A DNA stretch of 64,000 bases from Takakia lepidozioides (Eukaryota; Plantae; Bryophyta), in contig CM060733.1 of assembly GCA_030704615.1 (NCBI GenBank), positions 51,584,001 through 51,648,000 on the forward strand, written 5' to 3'. The notes under the pieces are model-generated. The model made no database searches and was not told the origin of the DNA. It saw only the letters and a program-made list of their open reading frames with translations. The translations under genes and the position numbers were made by a program. This document shows, one piece after another, positions 62,660-64,000 of this stretch (positions are counted from its first letter, which is position 1; each line of letters begins with the position of its first letter).

Positions 62660-63762
62660 CTACTCCGTCCTATATACGTCTTTCGGCTTAGGCCAATTGA
62701 ATGGCTTGCCCATGAACCAAAGTACTACATGGGTTAATGTGATTATCTCATTCTTGTTGTTGTCGTACAACCTTCGTAGCATTGAATGCCAACAACCTCC
62801 CGTAAATTGGTCCTGGAACATACTTTGATCATAATGAGCGCCGCCATTTATTCGTACCGCTATCTTCCCAACGGCAAAGGCCTCCGACGTCATGTCTGGG
62901 GGGGGGGGCGTGGTATTCGCATTGAAAACCGATGCAATATCTTTTTCCACCCACCATCTTTTCGCGAGTTCCCGATCCAGCTTATCTTGGTTTTCAAACT
63001 GGTATGGCGAGGCTTTGCGTATGCCCAATGGGGTGGCTAAGCTCCAATCACACACCCCAATCTTGATCTCATCGTTGTCATCTGGAAAATGCAACAAGAT
63101 GTTGTCGGGGGACAAGTCGTTGTGCATGACACTGTTCTTGTGGAAAGTATCCATGATGCACACCAGTGCCCATGCAAGTTTACTGCGCACTTTCCGGAAA
63201 CGAAGCAAATGATCGCATTCTTGGAACTCTGCTTCCGTTCCCCTTTGTTCTAAAATCACCCTGCTGTCCGAATCGTTGTCCCATTTTCTGTCAAGGTTCA
63301 TCATGTCGCGTATTGTCCCCCCATTCCACCAGCGAGTGTAACCCTCTATCTCACGTGCATTCATAGCAAATACGAGATAACACCCGGATGCTGGAACTTC
63401 ACTGCCAAACACTCGGCGTTATGTTGTCTCAACGCCTTTTCTGGATTTTTGGACTTGGGTTTTTTTCCCGCTAGCTCCCAACGCTCCGGTATTCTAGAAT
63501 CGCCAACAATCCTATAGTGACGGACCTTAGCATACCCTCCTTCTTTGTAAGGGCCAATCTCTACCACCTTTGCACTAGAGTCCAAGTAATAAAGACCAGT
63601 TGTGCCTCCCCCGCCCGATGACCCCGCCATCCAAGGGACAACCCTAGTCCGGCGATGTGAATTCTGACTTGCCGGGCAAGCCCAATACTCAACATGCCAC
63701 ATTAACTCAGGTTCGGCGGAGGGCACTCGACCCTCAAATGTTCTACCCTTCCATGTCTTCAC
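62660..63762 (-). pseudogene. Intronless divergent protein kinase domain with one frameshift near 63365
   Basis: Gly loop EGGYAKV, LAGKK, HPGVI, catalytic loop MHNDLSPDNILL, DFG equivalent VCDWS. Confidence 0.75.
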
Positions 63763-64000
63763 ATCGGCAGTATATGATTCAATTCCTTCAGAACTTTGAG
63801 CCTCGGACTGGAGTTACTCAGGTGAGGGGAGTAGATATAGAAATTACTCCACAGTACCTACAGCAATTGTTTGATTTGTCATCAGGTCATGTGGATGTGG
63901 ATGAGCACAGGGCAAGATTGCAGATAGGGAATTTGTTCCAAGAAGGGAGAGTCTTTTTGACTCAAGGTTACGCTTGTACCAAAGCCGAGTACCCAGGGTT

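Overview
Eukaryotic land-plant nuclear DNA, probably a bryophyte or other non-seed plant (inferred from the TE repertoire and gene content). The first ~17 kb is a small gene island: SPF45/DRT111 splicing factor (+), a multi-exon acyl-protein thioesterase/carboxylesterase (+), and RNA polymerase III subunit RPC10/C11 (-). The GC-AG second intron of RPC10 holds a 5.0-kb TSD-flanked LINE with a tRNA-like A/B-box head. A PHF5A 5' fragment lies head-to-head with RPC10. From ~17.8 to 38 kb is a four-level nest of Ty3/gypsy chromoviruses from two families (one tRNA-Met primed; one Tcn1-like that looks self-priming and has an extra 3' ORF), plus a Sola1-like MITE. From 38.9 to 64 kb there are Helitron-like repeats, a small CACTA, TTAA- and TA-flanked MITEs, more Tcn1-like fragments, a CACTA-like region with a 50-bp-period palindrome array and a TnpA-like gene containing an FCP1/HAD phosphatase domain, a non-chromo gypsy pol, RPL27 pseudogene fragments, a gag fragment and an intronless frameshifted kinase. 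All calls come from manual reading; no database searches were run.
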